Shown here one piece after another: positions 29,688 through 39,690 of a stretch of 64,000 nucleotides of DNA; the first letter of the stretch is position 1; each line of letters starts with the position of its first letter. The notes under the pieces are model-generated. The model searched no databases and was not told the origin of the DNA. It saw only the letters and a program-made list of their open reading frames with translations. Location of the stretch: the NCBI GenBank assembly GCA_003136395.1, contig PLEH01000283.1, positions 5,208 to 69,207 of the forward strand, given 5' to 3'. The translations under genes were made by a program, and so were the position numbers. The stretch comes from Phenylobacterium sp. (GTDB lineage: Bacteria > Pseudomonadota > Alphaproteobacteria > Caulobacterales > Caulobacteraceae).

Positions 29688-30572
29688 ATGGCGGACTGGG
29701 ACGGACGGGGCCTCGTAACGACGGCCTGGTTGGAGGAGAACCTCGCCGACCCCGACTTGCGGGTGTTCGACACGACGGTGCACCTGCGCCCAGCAACGCC
29801 GGGCCCGTACAGAATCGAAAGCGGCCGCGCCGACTACGAAGCCTCCCACGTGCGAGGCGCAGCCTTCCTGGACCTGGCCGTCGACCTGTCGAATCCCGAG
29901 GCTGCCCTGCCGTTCACCAGGCCGTCGCTGGACCGGCTCGCTCACGCGCTCGGCGATGCAGGCGTCAAACGTGGCTCGCGAGTTGTGGTCTACAGCACGA
30001 CGACGCCTATGTGGGCGACCCGGGTGTGGTGGATGCTGCGAGCCTCGGGCTTCGACGATGTCGCGGTGCTTGATGGCGGCTTTCCCAAGTGGATAGCCGA
30101 AGGGCGTCCCGTTGAAGCCGGCGCGCTGCGCTATGCGGCCGCCGATCTGTCGCTGGTCGCCCAGCCGGGCGCCTGGGCCGACAAGCACGCAGTTCTGGCG
30201 GCCATCGACGATGGCGCGGTGTGTACGATCAACGCCCTTTCGCCGAGCGTACACAGCGGCGAGTCGCCGACGAACTACGGCCGCAAGGGCCACATCAAGG
30301 GCAGCCGCAACGTGCCCTACGCCGCCCTGCTGAAGGCCGACGGCACGTACCAAGACGACGCGGAACTGCGCGCGCTTTTCGCGGGCGTCGGAGCGCTCGA
30401 GCGGCCGCGGGTCATCTGTTACTGCGGCGGCGGAATCTCCGCGACCATGGATGCGCTCGCACTGACACGGCTCGGCCACCCGTCCGTGGCAGTCTACGAT
30501 GGCTCGATGTCGGAATGGAGCCGTGACCCCGACCTCCCAATGGAAACCGGTTCCCAGACTTCTGCAGCCTGA
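29688..30572 (+). CDS. Two-domain sulfurtransferase (SseA/MST-like)
   Basis: LVTTAWL, HVRGAAFLD, LDGGFPKW, GHIKGS, active loop YCGGGISA, YDGSMSEWS. Confidence 0.9.
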   Translation: MADWDGRGLVTTAWLEENLADPDLRVFDTTVHLRPATPGPYRIESGRADYEASHVRGAAFLDLAVDLSNPEAALPFTRPSLDRLAHALGDAGVKRGSRVVVYSTTTPMWATRVWWMLRASGFDDVAVLDGGFPKWIAEGRPVEAGALRYAAADLSLVAQPGAWADKHAVLAAIDDGAVCTINALSPSVHSGESPTNYGRKGHIKGSRNVPYAALLKADGTYQDDAELRALFAGVGALERPRVICYCGGGISATMDALALTRLGHPSVAVYDGSMSEWSRDPDLPMETGSQTSAA

Positions 30573-30619
30573 GGTCGGGAAATTCAGATGGCGGACGGAG
30601 CACGTCCGCAATGGGTCGA

Positions 30620-30774
30620 GGCTGTGTAAAAACTCAGCCGACGCGATTTCCGGCGCAACAGCTTGCCCGCAGGTGCTCGCTTGGAGCTCTTTGCCGCAAT
30701 AGATCGCGGCGCAATGCGATTTGAGCGGCGGGACGTTGCGTGAGATTCTCGCCAAGGCGAGTTTCTACACAGCC
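30620..30774. mobile_element. 155-bp MITE with IS1182-type ends
   Basis: TIRs GGCTGTGTAAAAACTC / GAGTTTCTACACAGCC (15/16); TCGA direct repeats at 30616-19 and 30775-78; no transposase. Confidence 0.8.
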
Positions 30775-30932
30775 TCGACCCTGAGCGGTCGTTAGCCTAC
30801 TCGAATGGCCGACAGGTCCTGCGCCGACGATCGCCAACGGCAAATGTCAAACAACGGCTAAGGTCGGTAGCATCCGTTCAGACTGACAGCGACCGGCCGA
30901 CTCGGCCGCCGGCGCCATTGTCACCCCGGAAT

Positions 30933-31682
30933 TCAGCGGGCCCGAGGAATCCGAACGTCCTGTTCCACCATGCCGGCATTGGGTGTCTTGGCATCGGTGG
31001 CCACGATCCGCAGCTTGTAGCGGCCGGGCGCGGTCGCGGGCAGCGCGGCCTCGTACTCGCTGGTCCGACCGGTGAACCGCATGGGCGCGTGGGCCAGGAT
31101 CCGGGGTCCTTTCATGAGCGTCGCCTCGATACGGTAGTTCGCAGCGTCCCAAAGGCCGCCGGCCTCGATCGGACAACCGCACATCGGGGTGACCTTCGCC
31201 GTGACCTGCAAGGTCCCGTCGGCGGCTGGCGCGGCGGCCGGTTCGATCACTAGACCCGGAAAGCTCAGCACCAGGCCGTCGCCGGTGACGTCGCGGCCCG
31301 GGATGACCCACAGGGTGGACGAGACGTGGATCGCGGCTCCCGGCTTGCCCATGGGTCCTACGCCGTCGGCGCGGACCAAGGTCGGCTGCCGAAGATCGAG
31401 GACCGCGTCGAAGCCGGCGGCGTCCTTGTCAGACAGCGCCTCGCCGCGCTGCCGCGGGGCGCGCATGATCCGCGGCGTATCGCCGGCGCCGCCCCGCGTA
31501 AGGCCCTTCGCGAGCAGGGCTCCGGTTCGCGCATCGGTCAGCGTGATCTCGACCCCGCCCATGTGATCTCCGATGAACTTGGCGTCCAACGCTTGGGCGC
31601 GGACCATCACGTGGGTCGGCTCCGCGAGGGCGGCGGGCGCCAGCAGGGCGAGGGCCGCAGCGAAGGTGAGAGACTTGATCAT
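30933..31682 (-). CDS. Secreted conserved hypothetical protein with MCGCP motif
   Basis: Signal peptide MIKSLTFAAALALLAPAALA; VRAQALDAKFIG; 8 nt downstream of pdo. Confidence 0.75.
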   Translation of the reverse strand: MIKSLTFAAALALLAPAALAEPTHVMVRAQALDAKFIGDHMGGVEITLTDARTGALLAKGLTRGGAGDTPRIMRAPRQRGEALSDKDAAGFDAVLDLRQPTLVRADGVGPMGKPGAAIHVSSTLWVIPGRDVTGDGLVLSFPGLVIEPAAAPAADGTLQVTAKVTPMCGCPIEAGGLWDAANYRIEATLMKGPRILAHAPMRFTGRTSEYEAALPATAPGRYKLRIVATDAKTPNAGMVEQDVRIPRAR

Positions 31683-31690
31683 GACGCTTA

Positions 31691-32656
31691 TCAGACGGTG
31701 TTGAGGGGAATCTTCAGGTAGCGGACGCCGTTGTCTTCCGGCTCGGGAAGATGGCCGCCGCGCATGTTCACCTGCACAGAGGGCAGGATCAGCCTTGGCA
31801 TGTCCAGGGTCCGGTCGCGCGCCTGGCGCAGGGCGACAAAGTCGGCCTCGCTGACGCCCTCATGCACATGAAGGTTTTCGCGCCGCTCGGCGCCAATGGT
31901 GGTCTCCCAGGCATAGGTGTCGCGGCCGGGCGCCTTGTAGTCGTGGCAGAGGAAAACGCGGGTCTTGTCGGGGAGCGCCAGCAGTCGCTGGATCGAGGTG
32001 TAGAGTGTCGCGGCGTCGCCGCCGGGGAAGTCGCAGCGGGCCGTGCCGTAGTCCGGCATGAACAGGGTGTCGCCGACGAACGCCGCGTCGCCGATGACAT
32101 AGGCCAGACAGGCCGGCGTGTGGCCCGGGACATGAAGGGCTATCGCCTGCAGGCCACCGATCGCGAAGCGCTCGCCGTCCTGGAAGAGGTGGTCGAACTG
32201 GCGCCCGTCACGGGCGAAGTCCGGGCCGGCGTTGAACAGCTTTCCGAAGGTGTCCTGCACCCGCACGATCTTCTCGCCGATCGCCAGGCGACCGCCCAGA
32301 GTAGCCTGAAGATAGGGCGCGGCCGACAGGTGGTCGGCGTGGGCGTGGGTCTCCAGCTGCCAGACCACGTCCAGCCCCTCGGCCTGGACATAGGCGAGGA
32401 CCGCGTCGGCCGACCCGTGCGCCGTGCGGCCCGAGGCCGGATCATAGTCGAGCACGCTGTCGATGATGGCGCAGGCCTTCGACGCCGGGTCGCGCACCAC
32501 ATAGGTTACGGTGAAGGTCGCCTCGTCGAAGAAGGCCTTGACCTGCGGGCGTTGGGCCGGGGCGGCGACTCCGGCGTCAACGATCGCCACGGCGCTTGCC
32601 ACGGCCGCATCGGATAGGGAGGTCGGATCGCACATCGGAGAACTCGCAGGTTGCAT
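31691..32656 (-). CDS. Persulfide dioxygenase (ETHE1/Blh-like metallo-beta-lactamase fold)
   Basis: LETHAHADHLSA, PGHTPAC, GDTLFMPDYGTARCDFPGG, LCHDY, PSVQVNMRGG. Confidence 0.9.
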   Translation of the reverse strand: MQPASSPMCDPTSLSDAAVASAVAIVDAGVAAPAQRPQVKAFFDEATFTVTYVVRDPASKACAIIDSVLDYDPASGRTAHGSADAVLAYVQAEGLDVVWQLETHAHADHLSAAPYLQATLGGRLAIGEKIVRVQDTFGKLFNAGPDFARDGRQFDHLFQDGERFAIGGLQAIALHVPGHTPACLAYVIGDAAFVGDTLFMPDYGTARCDFPGGDAATLYTSIQRLLALPDKTRVFLCHDYKAPGRDTYAWETTIGAERRENLHVHEGVSEADFVALRQARDRTLDMPRLILPSVQVNMRGGHLPEPEDNGVRYLKIPLNTV

Positions 32657-32671
32657 CGGCGATAAATAACT

Positions 32672-32693
32672 TATATGCGAATATACGCAGATA
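32672..32693. promoter_or_regulatory. Palindromic operator copy 1 (pdo / tauE)
   Basis: TATATGC-gaatatac-GCAGATA. Confidence 0.7.
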
Positions 32694-32717
32694 CAAGTCG
32701 GATTGACGTTCGCCCTC

Positions 32718-33491
32718 ATGTCCACGTTCACGATCGTCTCAGCCCTGATGAGCGGCGCCCTCGTCGGCGCGCTGCTCGGCCTGTTCGGCGGCGGCGGCTC
32801 TGTGCTGGCGACGCCGCTGCTGCTGTATGTCGTGGGCATTCGCGACCCTCACGTGGCGATCGGCACCTCCGCCGCCGCCGTGGCCGTGAACGCCGCGATG
32901 AATCTGGTCGGTCACGGCCGGGGCGGACGGGTGAAGTGGCCGTGCGCGACAGTGTTTGCGGGCGCGGGCCTACTCGGGTCCTTCCTGGGTTCAAGCCTCG
33001 CCAAGGCCGTCGACGGCCAGAGGCTGCTGCTGTTCTTCGCCTTCGCCATGGCGGCTATCGCGGTCTCCATGCTTCGCCGGCCCAAGTCGGAAGGCGATCC
33101 CGAAGTCCGCATCACCTGGCCCCTGATCCTGAAGCTGGCGCCGGTCGGCGTGCTCACGGGCCTCGCCGCCGGCTTCTTCGGCATCGGCGGCGGGTTCCTG
33201 ATCGTTCCCGGGCTGATGGCGGCCACGGGCATGACGCTGGCCAATGCCGCCGCCTCGTCGCTGCTCTCGGTGGCGTTGTTCGGCGCGGCGACCTCGCTGA
33301 ACTACGCGATCTCGGGTCTCGTCGATTGGCCGATCGCCGGGCTGTTCATTCTCGGAGGTCTTGCCGGCGGCGCCTTAGGTGTACGCGGCGCCGGCGCGCT
33401 CGCCGCCCGCGCGCTCCTGGCGCGGCGGCTCTTCGCGTCGCTGGTCCTCGCCGTGGCCGTCTATGTGGCGTGGAGGGCGACCCACGGATGA
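32718..33491 (+). CDS. TauE/SafE sulfite exporter family
   Basis: GLFGGGGSVLATP, AIGTS, GFFGIGGGFLIVP. Confidence 0.9.
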   Translation: MSTFTIVSALMSGALVGALLGLFGGGGSVLATPLLLYVVGIRDPHVAIGTSAAAVAVNAAMNLVGHGRGGRVKWPCATVFAGAGLLGSFLGSSLAKAVDGQRLLLFFAFAMAAIAVSMLRRPKSEGDPEVRITWPLILKLAPVGVLTGLAAGFFGIGGGFLIVPGLMAATGMTLANAAASSLLSVALFGAATSLNYAISGLVDWPIAGLFILGGLAGGALGVRGAGALAARALLARRLFASLVLAVAVYVAWRATHG

Positions 33492-34102
33492 CCGGCTCCG
33501 AAAACAGCTGGGACAGGCGCTACGCGCAGCCGGACTACCTTTTCGGTCTCGAGCCGAATGCGTTCCTCGTCCGACAGTCCGCCCATCTGAAGCCTGGATC
33601 GAAGGCCCTGGCTGTCGCCGATGGCGAAGGCCGCAATGGGGTCTGGCTGGCTCAGCAGGGCCTGTCCGTCCTGTCGATCGACAACTCCCCGGTCGGCCAA
33701 GCCAAGGCTCGGCGATTGGCTGAGTCGCGCGGCGTGACGATGGCGTTCGAAGAGGCGAATCTCGAAACCTGGTCCTGGCCCGAGGCCGCCTTCGATCTCG
33801 TGGCGGCGATCTTCATCCAGTTCGCGCCGCCCGCCCTGCGGGCGCGGATCTTCGATGGCCTGCAGGCCGCGCTCAAGCCGGGCGGCGTTCTTCTGCTGCA
33901 AGGCTACCGGCCCGAGCAGATCGCCTACGGCACGGGTGGGCCCGCGGCGCCGCAGAACCTCTACACGGAGCCCATGCTGAGGGCGGCTTTCGCCGGCATG
34001 GATATCCTCGAACTCCGGTCACATGACTCGCCCATCCACGAGGGCAAGGGCCACGACGGGGTCTCGGCGTTGATCGACCTGGTCGCCCGGAAGCATGCCT
34101 GA
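33488..34102 (+). CDS. Class I SAM-dependent methyltransferase
   Basis: WDRRY..FGLEPN, LAVADGEGRNGVWLA, LKPGG; ATGA overlap. Confidence 0.88.
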   Translation: MTGSENSWDRRYAQPDYLFGLEPNAFLVRQSAHLKPGSKALAVADGEGRNGVWLAQQGLSVLSIDNSPVGQAKARRLAESRGVTMAFEEANLETWSWPEAAFDLVAAIFIQFAPPALRARIFDGLQAALKPGGVLLLQGYRPEQIAYGTGGPAAPQNLYTEPMLRAAFAGMDILELRSHDSPIHEGKGHDGVSALIDLVARKHA

Positions 34103-34793
34103 TCCGAAAACGCCCCGGAAGAACCTGCTGCAGCCGCGCCGAGAGGCCGGCGCCTCGTTGATCGCGCGCCATCCGAAGGCCTCCCTGGCGATCGCGGCGG
34201 CCGTGGGGCTCCTCGCATCCTATCTGATACGCGGCGGCTCGGACCGCCAGATCCTGCCGCTGACACCTGTCGTGGAGGCGGTTCTCAACGATCCGGAAAC
34301 GCCCCGGGTGGGATCGCCCGCCAGCCCGGTCACAATCGTCGTCTTCACGGATTACCAGTGTCCGATCTGCCGAGGGACCGACCCGGCGCTGGAACGGCTG
34401 CTGCGGCGTGACGGCCGGGTGCGTGTGATGTTCAAGGATTGGCCGATCCTGGGACCAGGGTCGCGCCTGGCGGCGCGCACGGCCCTGGCGGCGGATCGCC
34501 AGGGGCGTTACCTCGCCATGCACCGGGCGCTGATGGCGACCCGCCTGCCGCTGACGGAAGCCAACATGCCGACGATCGGCCGCGCCGCCGGCGTCGATTG
34601 GCCCCGGCTGACCGTCGATCTTGCGCGCGATGGCGTCGCGATCGACAGGTTGCTCGCCCGCCAATCCCAGCAGGCCTGGTCACTCGGCCTCGAGGGGACG
34701 CCGGCCTATCTCGTAGGTCCCCTCCTTGTGCGCGGCGGACTGGATGACCGGGCCCTTGCGCGCGCCATCGCCGAGGCTCGCCGTCGGGAGTGA
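34095..34793 (+). CDS. DsbA-family thioredoxin-fold protein
   Basis: FTDYQCPICR, KDWPILG, GTPAY. Confidence 0.85.
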   Translation: MPDPKTPRKNLLQPRREAGASLIARHPKASLAIAAAVGLLASYLIRGGSDRQILPLTPVVEAVLNDPETPRVGSPASPVTIVVFTDYQCPICRGTDPALERLLRRDGRVRVMFKDWPILGPGSRLAARTALAADRQGRYLAMHRALMATRLPLTEANMPTIGRAAGVDWPRLTVDLARDGVAIDRLLARQSQQAWSLGLEGTPAYLVGPLLVRGGLDDRALARAIAEARRRE

Positions 34794-34797
34794 GCGG

Positions 34798-36399
34798 CTA
34801 GGTCACGCTGCCGCTCGCCAGCGACAGGACGTTCGGGCAAAGCCTGAGGGGCGCGGGCCGATGGCTGACCATCACGACGCCCTGGCGGGTGCGGCCCAGC
34901 CGGCGGTCGAGCGCGGCCAGCAGCGCCGCTTCGGTCCCACGATCGAGGCCCTCCGTCGGTTCGTCGAGGAGCAGCCAGGGTGCGGGCCGCAAGTAAGCCC
35001 GCGCCAGCGAAAGCCTGCGCCGCTCGCCGCCCGAGAGCACTTCGCCGCCGTCGCCAATCCAGGTCTGCAGGCCTCGGGGCAGCCGCCGGACCCGGGCATC
35101 GAGCTGCGCGTCGGCCAAGGCGTCCCATAAGGCCGCGTCGTCAAGGTCCGGCGCCGCCAGCCGCAGGTTGTCCGCCACGGTTCCGGTCAGGAGACGCGCG
35201 TCCTGCGGCGCATAGGCGAATAGCGGACGCGCCCAACCTGTAGGGGCCTCCTCCAGGGGTCTGAGGCCGATGCGTACGCGGCCCGGGGGCGCGGCGCGCA
35301 GCCCTACAAGGGCCTCCAAGGTTCGCGTCTTGCCGACGCCCGATGGCCCGATGATGGCAAGCCGCGCGCCGGCCGCCAGTCGGTGGCCATCGATCTCAAG
35401 CGAAGCATCGGTCGGCGGTTCCGAAGGGACAGCGCCCGGATCGACCAGGACCCCGTCGAGGCGAGCGACCGCCTCCGTGTAGGCGCCCTTCTCCTGGCCC
35501 GCGCGCAGCAGGCCGGTGACCCCGTCCACGCCGGCGAGTGCTGCTAGCACCGAGAGGGCGGCGAAGGGCAGTGGCGCCCGCATCGACAGCGCCGCCACCA
35601 CGGCGATCGTCATGGCCGCGAGTCCGGCTTGCAGGAGGCCTAGCACCGCCTCGGCGTCGCGACGCCGCAAGCTGGCCCGCCCCAAGGCCTCATCGTGGAT
35701 CATGAGCGCCTCGACAGCCCGATGCGTCAGGTCGAAGCAACGCAGTTCCGGCGCGGCCAACAGGTAGGCGCCAAGGCCGTCCTTCAGCCGCCCGCCGGCG
35801 CGAAGCTGATCGCGTCCCGGGTCGCGGGTCAGATGACCGGCCAGGGTGTGACCTGCGGCGACCTGCAGGCCAAGGCCGGCGAGATAGGCGATCGCCGCCC
35901 AGATGGAGGCCAGGGCGATCGCCGCGACGGCGACGCCGGCGGCCGCCGTGGCCACCCAGGGCGCGGAGCGGCGGACGAACAGAGTTTCGATCGCGCCCAC
36001 GTCCTGCACCAGCCGCGCGGAGGCCTCGCCGGAGGACAGGCCCAGCGCCTGTTGCGGCGGCGCGGCCGCCAGGCCCGCGAAGAGAGCGGGGCGCAAGGCC
36101 GCCAGGGCGCGGAACGCCGCGCGATGCCCAAACAGGCGCTCGCCGTAGCGCCCGGCGGTTCGCACGATAGCCAGTCCTCGGAGCCCCGCGCTGGGCAGGA
36201 GGTAGTTGAAGGCCTGCACGGCCGCCGGCCCCGCCGCGCCCGCCAAGGCGGCGCCGGCGAGGAACCAGCCCGAAAGACCGAGCAGCAGGGTGGTCGCCGC
36301 CGCGGTGGCCGCGCCCGCCAGGCCGGCGATCAGCAGATCGCCTCGGCGCAGGCGCACCTGTCGCGCAAGGAACTCGCCGACCGGCGAGGGCGCGCTCAT
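34798..36399 (-). CDS. cydC: Thiol-reductant ABC exporter CydC
   Basis: LLGLSGWFL, RTAGRYGERL, GPSGVGKT, LSGGERRRL, LLDEP. Confidence 0.87.
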   Translation of the reverse strand: MSAPSPVGEFLARQVRLRRGDLLIAGLAGAATAAATTLLLGLSGWFLAGAALAGAAGPAAVQAFNYLLPSAGLRGLAIVRTAGRYGERLFGHRAAFRALAALRPALFAGLAAAPPQQALGLSSGEASARLVQDVGAIETLFVRRSAPWVATAAAGVAVAAIALASIWAAIAYLAGLGLQVAAGHTLAGHLTRDPGRDQLRAGGRLKDGLGAYLLAAPELRCFDLTHRAVEALMIHDEALGRASLRRRDAEAVLGLLQAGLAAMTIAVVAALSMRAPLPFAALSVLAALAGVDGVTGLLRAGQEKGAYTEAVARLDGVLVDPGAVPSEPPTDASLEIDGHRLAAGARLAIIGPSGVGKTRTLEALVGLRAAPPGRVRIGLRPLEEAPTGWARPLFAYAPQDARLLTGTVADNLRLAAPDLDDAALWDALADAQLDARVRRLPRGLQTWIGDGGEVLSGGERRRLSLARAYLRPAPWLLLDEPTEGLDRGTEAALLAALDRRLGRTRQGVVMVSHRPAPLRLCPNVLSLASGSVT

Positions 36400-38018
36400 G
36401 GAAGCCTCACGACGTGATCGGCGGCGGCGGCGAGCGTCTCGGAATGGGTCGCCACGATGATGGTCCTGTCCGGTGTGGCGGCGCGGAGGAGCGCGATGAT
36501 CTCAGCTTCCGCCGCCCGGTCGAGGTCGGCGGTCGGCTCGTCAAGCAGGAGGAGCGGTGCGGGCTTGAGCAGGGCCCGCGCCAGGGCAAGACGCCGCCGC
36601 TCCCCGCCGGACAGGCCCGATCCGCGTTCGTCGAGTTGGGTGTCCCCGGCCTGGCCGCGTCGCGCCAGGGCCGGCCCGAGGCCGACACGGTCGGCCATGG
36701 CGAGCGCGCGGTCGCGGGTAACGTCCTGTCCGGCCGCCATCAGGTTGTCAGTGATCGTGCCCGGCAGGAAGGCGGGCGCCTGGCCGGCCCATGCGGCGAG
36801 GCCGGCGAAGCCGCCGGTGTCGGCCAACCGAAGGGTGGCGACCTCAACGGACCCTGTCTCCAACGGGGTGAGGCCAAGGATCGCGGCCAGGAGGGAGGAC
36901 TTGCCGGATCCGGTCGGCCCAACGATGGCGGTCAGGGCGCCGGCCGGCGCCACCTCATCCAGCGGACCGATGACGAGGTCCCCGAACCGCAAGGTGAGAT
37001 TGCGCAGCCGCACCTCGGGGGCGACGTCCATGTTTATCGGCGCCAGGGCCGCCGGCGGCCCCGCGTCAAGCAAGGGGCGCAGCCGGGCCGCGGCGGCTTC
37101 GCCCAGGTGCTTTTCATGATAGGCGGCGGCGAGCTTGCGCAGCGGTGCGTAGAATTCCGGGGCCAGCGCCAGGGCAAAGAGGGCGCGCCGAAAATCCAGC
37201 GTCTCCGGGACCTTGAACGGCAGCAGTCCCAGCAGCGAGAAGCCGCAATAGACCGCGACCATGGCCACGGCCACAGCGGCGAAAAACTCCAACGCCGCCG
37301 TCGAGATGAAGGCGATGCGCAAGACGCCGAGGGTGCGGTTGCTGACGTCCTGGGCGGCCGCGGCGACCTTGGCGGTCTCGGAGGCTTCGGCCTGGAACGC
37401 CAGAATGACCGGCAGGGCCCGGACCCGGTCGACGAAATGACCGGAAAGTCTGGCCAGCGCGTCGAACTGGCGGGTCGCCTCGGCGCCGGCCGCGCCGCCG
37501 GCCAGGGACATGATCGCCGCCAAGGGGATCAGGGTCGCCAGCAGGATGGCGGCCGAGATCGGACTGGCCAGGGCGACGGCGGCGGCGATCAGCAGTGGCC
37601 CGATGCGGGCGTCGAGCGCGGCGGGCTGGAACTGACTGAAATAACCGTCGACCGCCTCGATCTCGTCGATGACGGCGCCGGTCGCCTCTCCGACCGAGGC
37701 CGGATCGCCGCGGCCGCGGCCAAGCACGACGGCCAGGGCCTCACGACGCATCCGCGCTTTGACCCGCAGCGCATGCCGGGCCGCGACCCTGGTGGCGGCC
37801 CATCCGGCCAGGGCGCGCGCGGTCAGGGCAGCGGCGAGGGCCACGAGCGCCGGCAAGGCGGCCCTATCGGTCAGCACCAAGGTCAGGCTCAGCGCGAAGG
37901 CCGCCGCGCTCGCGGCGTTGATCAGCATCAAGGCGAAGAGGGGCGTGGAAGGCGCATGAGCCGCGCGCCCACACACCTTGAGGAAGGCTCGGTTGGCGAC
38001 GGTGTCCACGACGGTCAT
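36396..38018 (-). CDS. cydD: Thiol-reductant ABC exporter CydD
   Basis: DGYFSQFQP, LRIAFISTAALE, APEFYAPLRKLAAAYH, GPTGSGKS, LSGGE. Confidence 0.87.
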   Translation of the reverse strand: MTVVDTVANRAFLKVCGRAAHAPSTPLFALMLINAASAAAFALSLTLVLTDRAALPALVALAAALTARALAGWAATRVAARHALRVKARMRREALAVVLGRGRGDPASVGEATGAVIDEIEAVDGYFSQFQPAALDARIGPLLIAAAVALASPISAAILLATLIPLAAIMSLAGGAAGAEATRQFDALARLSGHFVDRVRALPVILAFQAEASETAKVAAAAQDVSNRTLGVLRIAFISTAALEFFAAVAVAMVAVYCGFSLLGLLPFKVPETLDFRRALFALALAPEFYAPLRKLAAAYHEKHLGEAAAARLRPLLDAGPPAALAPINMDVAPEVRLRNLTLRFGDLVIGPLDEVAPAGALTAIVGPTGSGKSSLLAAILGLTPLETGSVEVATLRLADTGGFAGLAAWAGQAPAFLPGTITDNLMAAGQDVTRDRALAMADRVGLGPALARRGQAGDTQLDERGSGLSGGERRRLALARALLKPAPLLLLDEPTADLDRAAEAEIIALLRAATPDRTIIVATHSETLAAAADHVVRLP

Positions 38019-38033
38019 CGGGCTAGGAACACA

Positions 38034-38055
38034 TATTTGCGTATCTTAGCATATA
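38034..38055. promoter_or_regulatory. Palindromic operator copy 2 (cydDC / cydABX)
   Basis: TATTTGC-gtatctta-GCATATA. Confidence 0.7.
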
Positions 38056-38113
38056 TCGATATTGCGACGCGGTCGTCCCGGGTGTTGAGTGCTGCGAACT
38101 GAAGGACTGAGTC

Positions 38114-39682
38114 ATGTCTATGGATGTCGTCGAGCTCTCTCGGCTGCAGTTCGCCCTGACGGCCATGTACCACTTTCTGTTCGTGCCGCTGACGCTGGGA
38201 CTGTCGTTCCTGCTGGTCATCATGGAGAGCATCTATGTCATGACCGGTCGGCCGATCTGGCGGACCATCACCCGTTTCTGGGCGACGATCTTCGGCATCA
38301 ACTTCGTGCTCGGCGTCGCCACAGGCCTGACCATGGAGTTCGAGTTCGGGACCAACTGGTCCTACTACTCCCACTACGTCGGCGACATCTTCGGCGCCCC
38401 GCTGGCCATCGAGGGCCTGATGGCCTTCTTCCTGGAAGCCACCTTCGTCGGCCTGATGTTCTTCGGCTGGGAAAAACTCTCCCGGCGCGGCCACCTGTTC
38501 GTGACCTTCATGGTCGCCCTGGGTTCAAATCTCTCGGCGCTCTGGATCCTCATCGCCAACGGCTGGATGCAGAATCCGGTCGGCGCGGCCTTCAATCCCG
38601 ACACCATGCGGATGGAGGTCACCAACTTCCAGGAGGTGCTGTTCAATCCCGTCGCCCAGGCCAAGTTCGTCCATACGGTCAGCGCCGGCTATGTCACCGG
38701 CTCGGCGTTCGTCCTCGGCGTCTCGGCGATCATGCTGTTGAGCGGCAAGTGGCCGCGTGTCGCCAAGCGCTCCTTCGCGGTCGCCGCGGCATTCGGCCTG
38801 GCTTCGGCCCTCTCGGTCGTCGTGCTCGGCGATGAGAGCGGCTACACGCTCACAGACAATCAGAAAATGAAGCTCGCGGCCCTGGAGGCCATGTGGGAGA
38901 CCGAGCCCGCGCCAGCCGGCCTCACCGCCTTCGGCATCCCCAGCCTGAAGGATCGAAAGACCCACGCCGAGATCAAGATCCCCTATGTCCTGGGGCTGAT
39001 CTCGACCCGCAGTATCGACAAGCCGGTCGCCGGCATCTTCGAGCTGGTGGCCATCGCCGAGACCCGTGTCGAAGGCGGGGTGAAAGCCTATGACGCCCTT
39101 GAGCGACTGAAGGCCGCGCCGCTGGACCAGCTCGCGCGCGCCGACTTCGAGACCCATCGCCGCGACCTGGGCTACGGCCTGCTGCTCAAGCGTTATGTCG
39201 CCGATCCCCGCACCGCCGACGCTGCGACGATCCAGAAGGCCGCCTGGGACACCGTCCCCGACGTGCCGGTGATGTTCTGGCTGTTCCGGATCATGGCCGG
39301 GATCGGCTTCCTCCAGATCGCCGTCTTCGCCGCCGCCTTCGTGCTGGTGACGATGCGCAAGTGCGACACCAAGTGGATCCTGTGGACCGCCATGGCGATC
39401 ATGCCCTTGCCGTGGATCGCCATCGAATCCGGCTGGATGCTCTCCGAGCTTGGCCGCCAGCCCTGGGCCGTCGAGGGCGTGCTGCCGACCTTCCTGGGCG
39501 CGTCGAGCCTGACGGTGGCCCAGATCTGGACCACGATCGTCGGTTTCACCCTGCTCTACGGCGCCCTGGCCGTTGTCGAGGTCGGCCTGATCGTCCGGAC
39601 CATCAGGCGCGGCCCCTACGCACACCACGACCAGCCGGACGACTCTGCGGTGAACGTGATCCGCCTGGCGCCGGCCGAATAA
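38114..39682 (+). CDS. cydA: Cytochrome bd ubiquinol oxidase subunit I (long Q-loop)
   Basis: SRLQFALTAMYHFLFVP, FEFGTNWS, FFLEATF, QKMKLAALE, ELGRQPW. Confidence 0.95.
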   Translation: MSMDVVELSRLQFALTAMYHFLFVPLTLGLSFLLVIMESIYVMTGRPIWRTITRFWATIFGINFVLGVATGLTMEFEFGTNWSYYSHYVGDIFGAPLAIEGLMAFFLEATFVGLMFFGWEKLSRRGHLFVTFMVALGSNLSALWILIANGWMQNPVGAAFNPDTMRMEVTNFQEVLFNPVAQAKFVHTVSAGYVTGSAFVLGVSAIMLLSGKWPRVAKRSFAVAAAFGLASALSVVVLGDESGYTLTDNQKMKLAALEAMWETEPAPAGLTAFGIPSLKDRKTHAEIKIPYVLGLISTRSIDKPVAGIFELVAIAETRVEGGVKAYDALERLKAAPLDQLARADFETHRRDLGYGLLLKRYVADPRTADAATIQKAAWDTVPDVPVMFWLFRIMAGIGFLQIAVFAAAFVLVTMRKCDTKWILWTAMAIMPLPWIAIESGWMLSELGRQPWAVEGVLPTFLGASSLTVAQIWTTIVGFTLLYGALAVVEVGLIVRTIRRGPYAHHDQPDDSAVNVIRLAPAE

Positions 39683-39690
39683 GGACCCTG

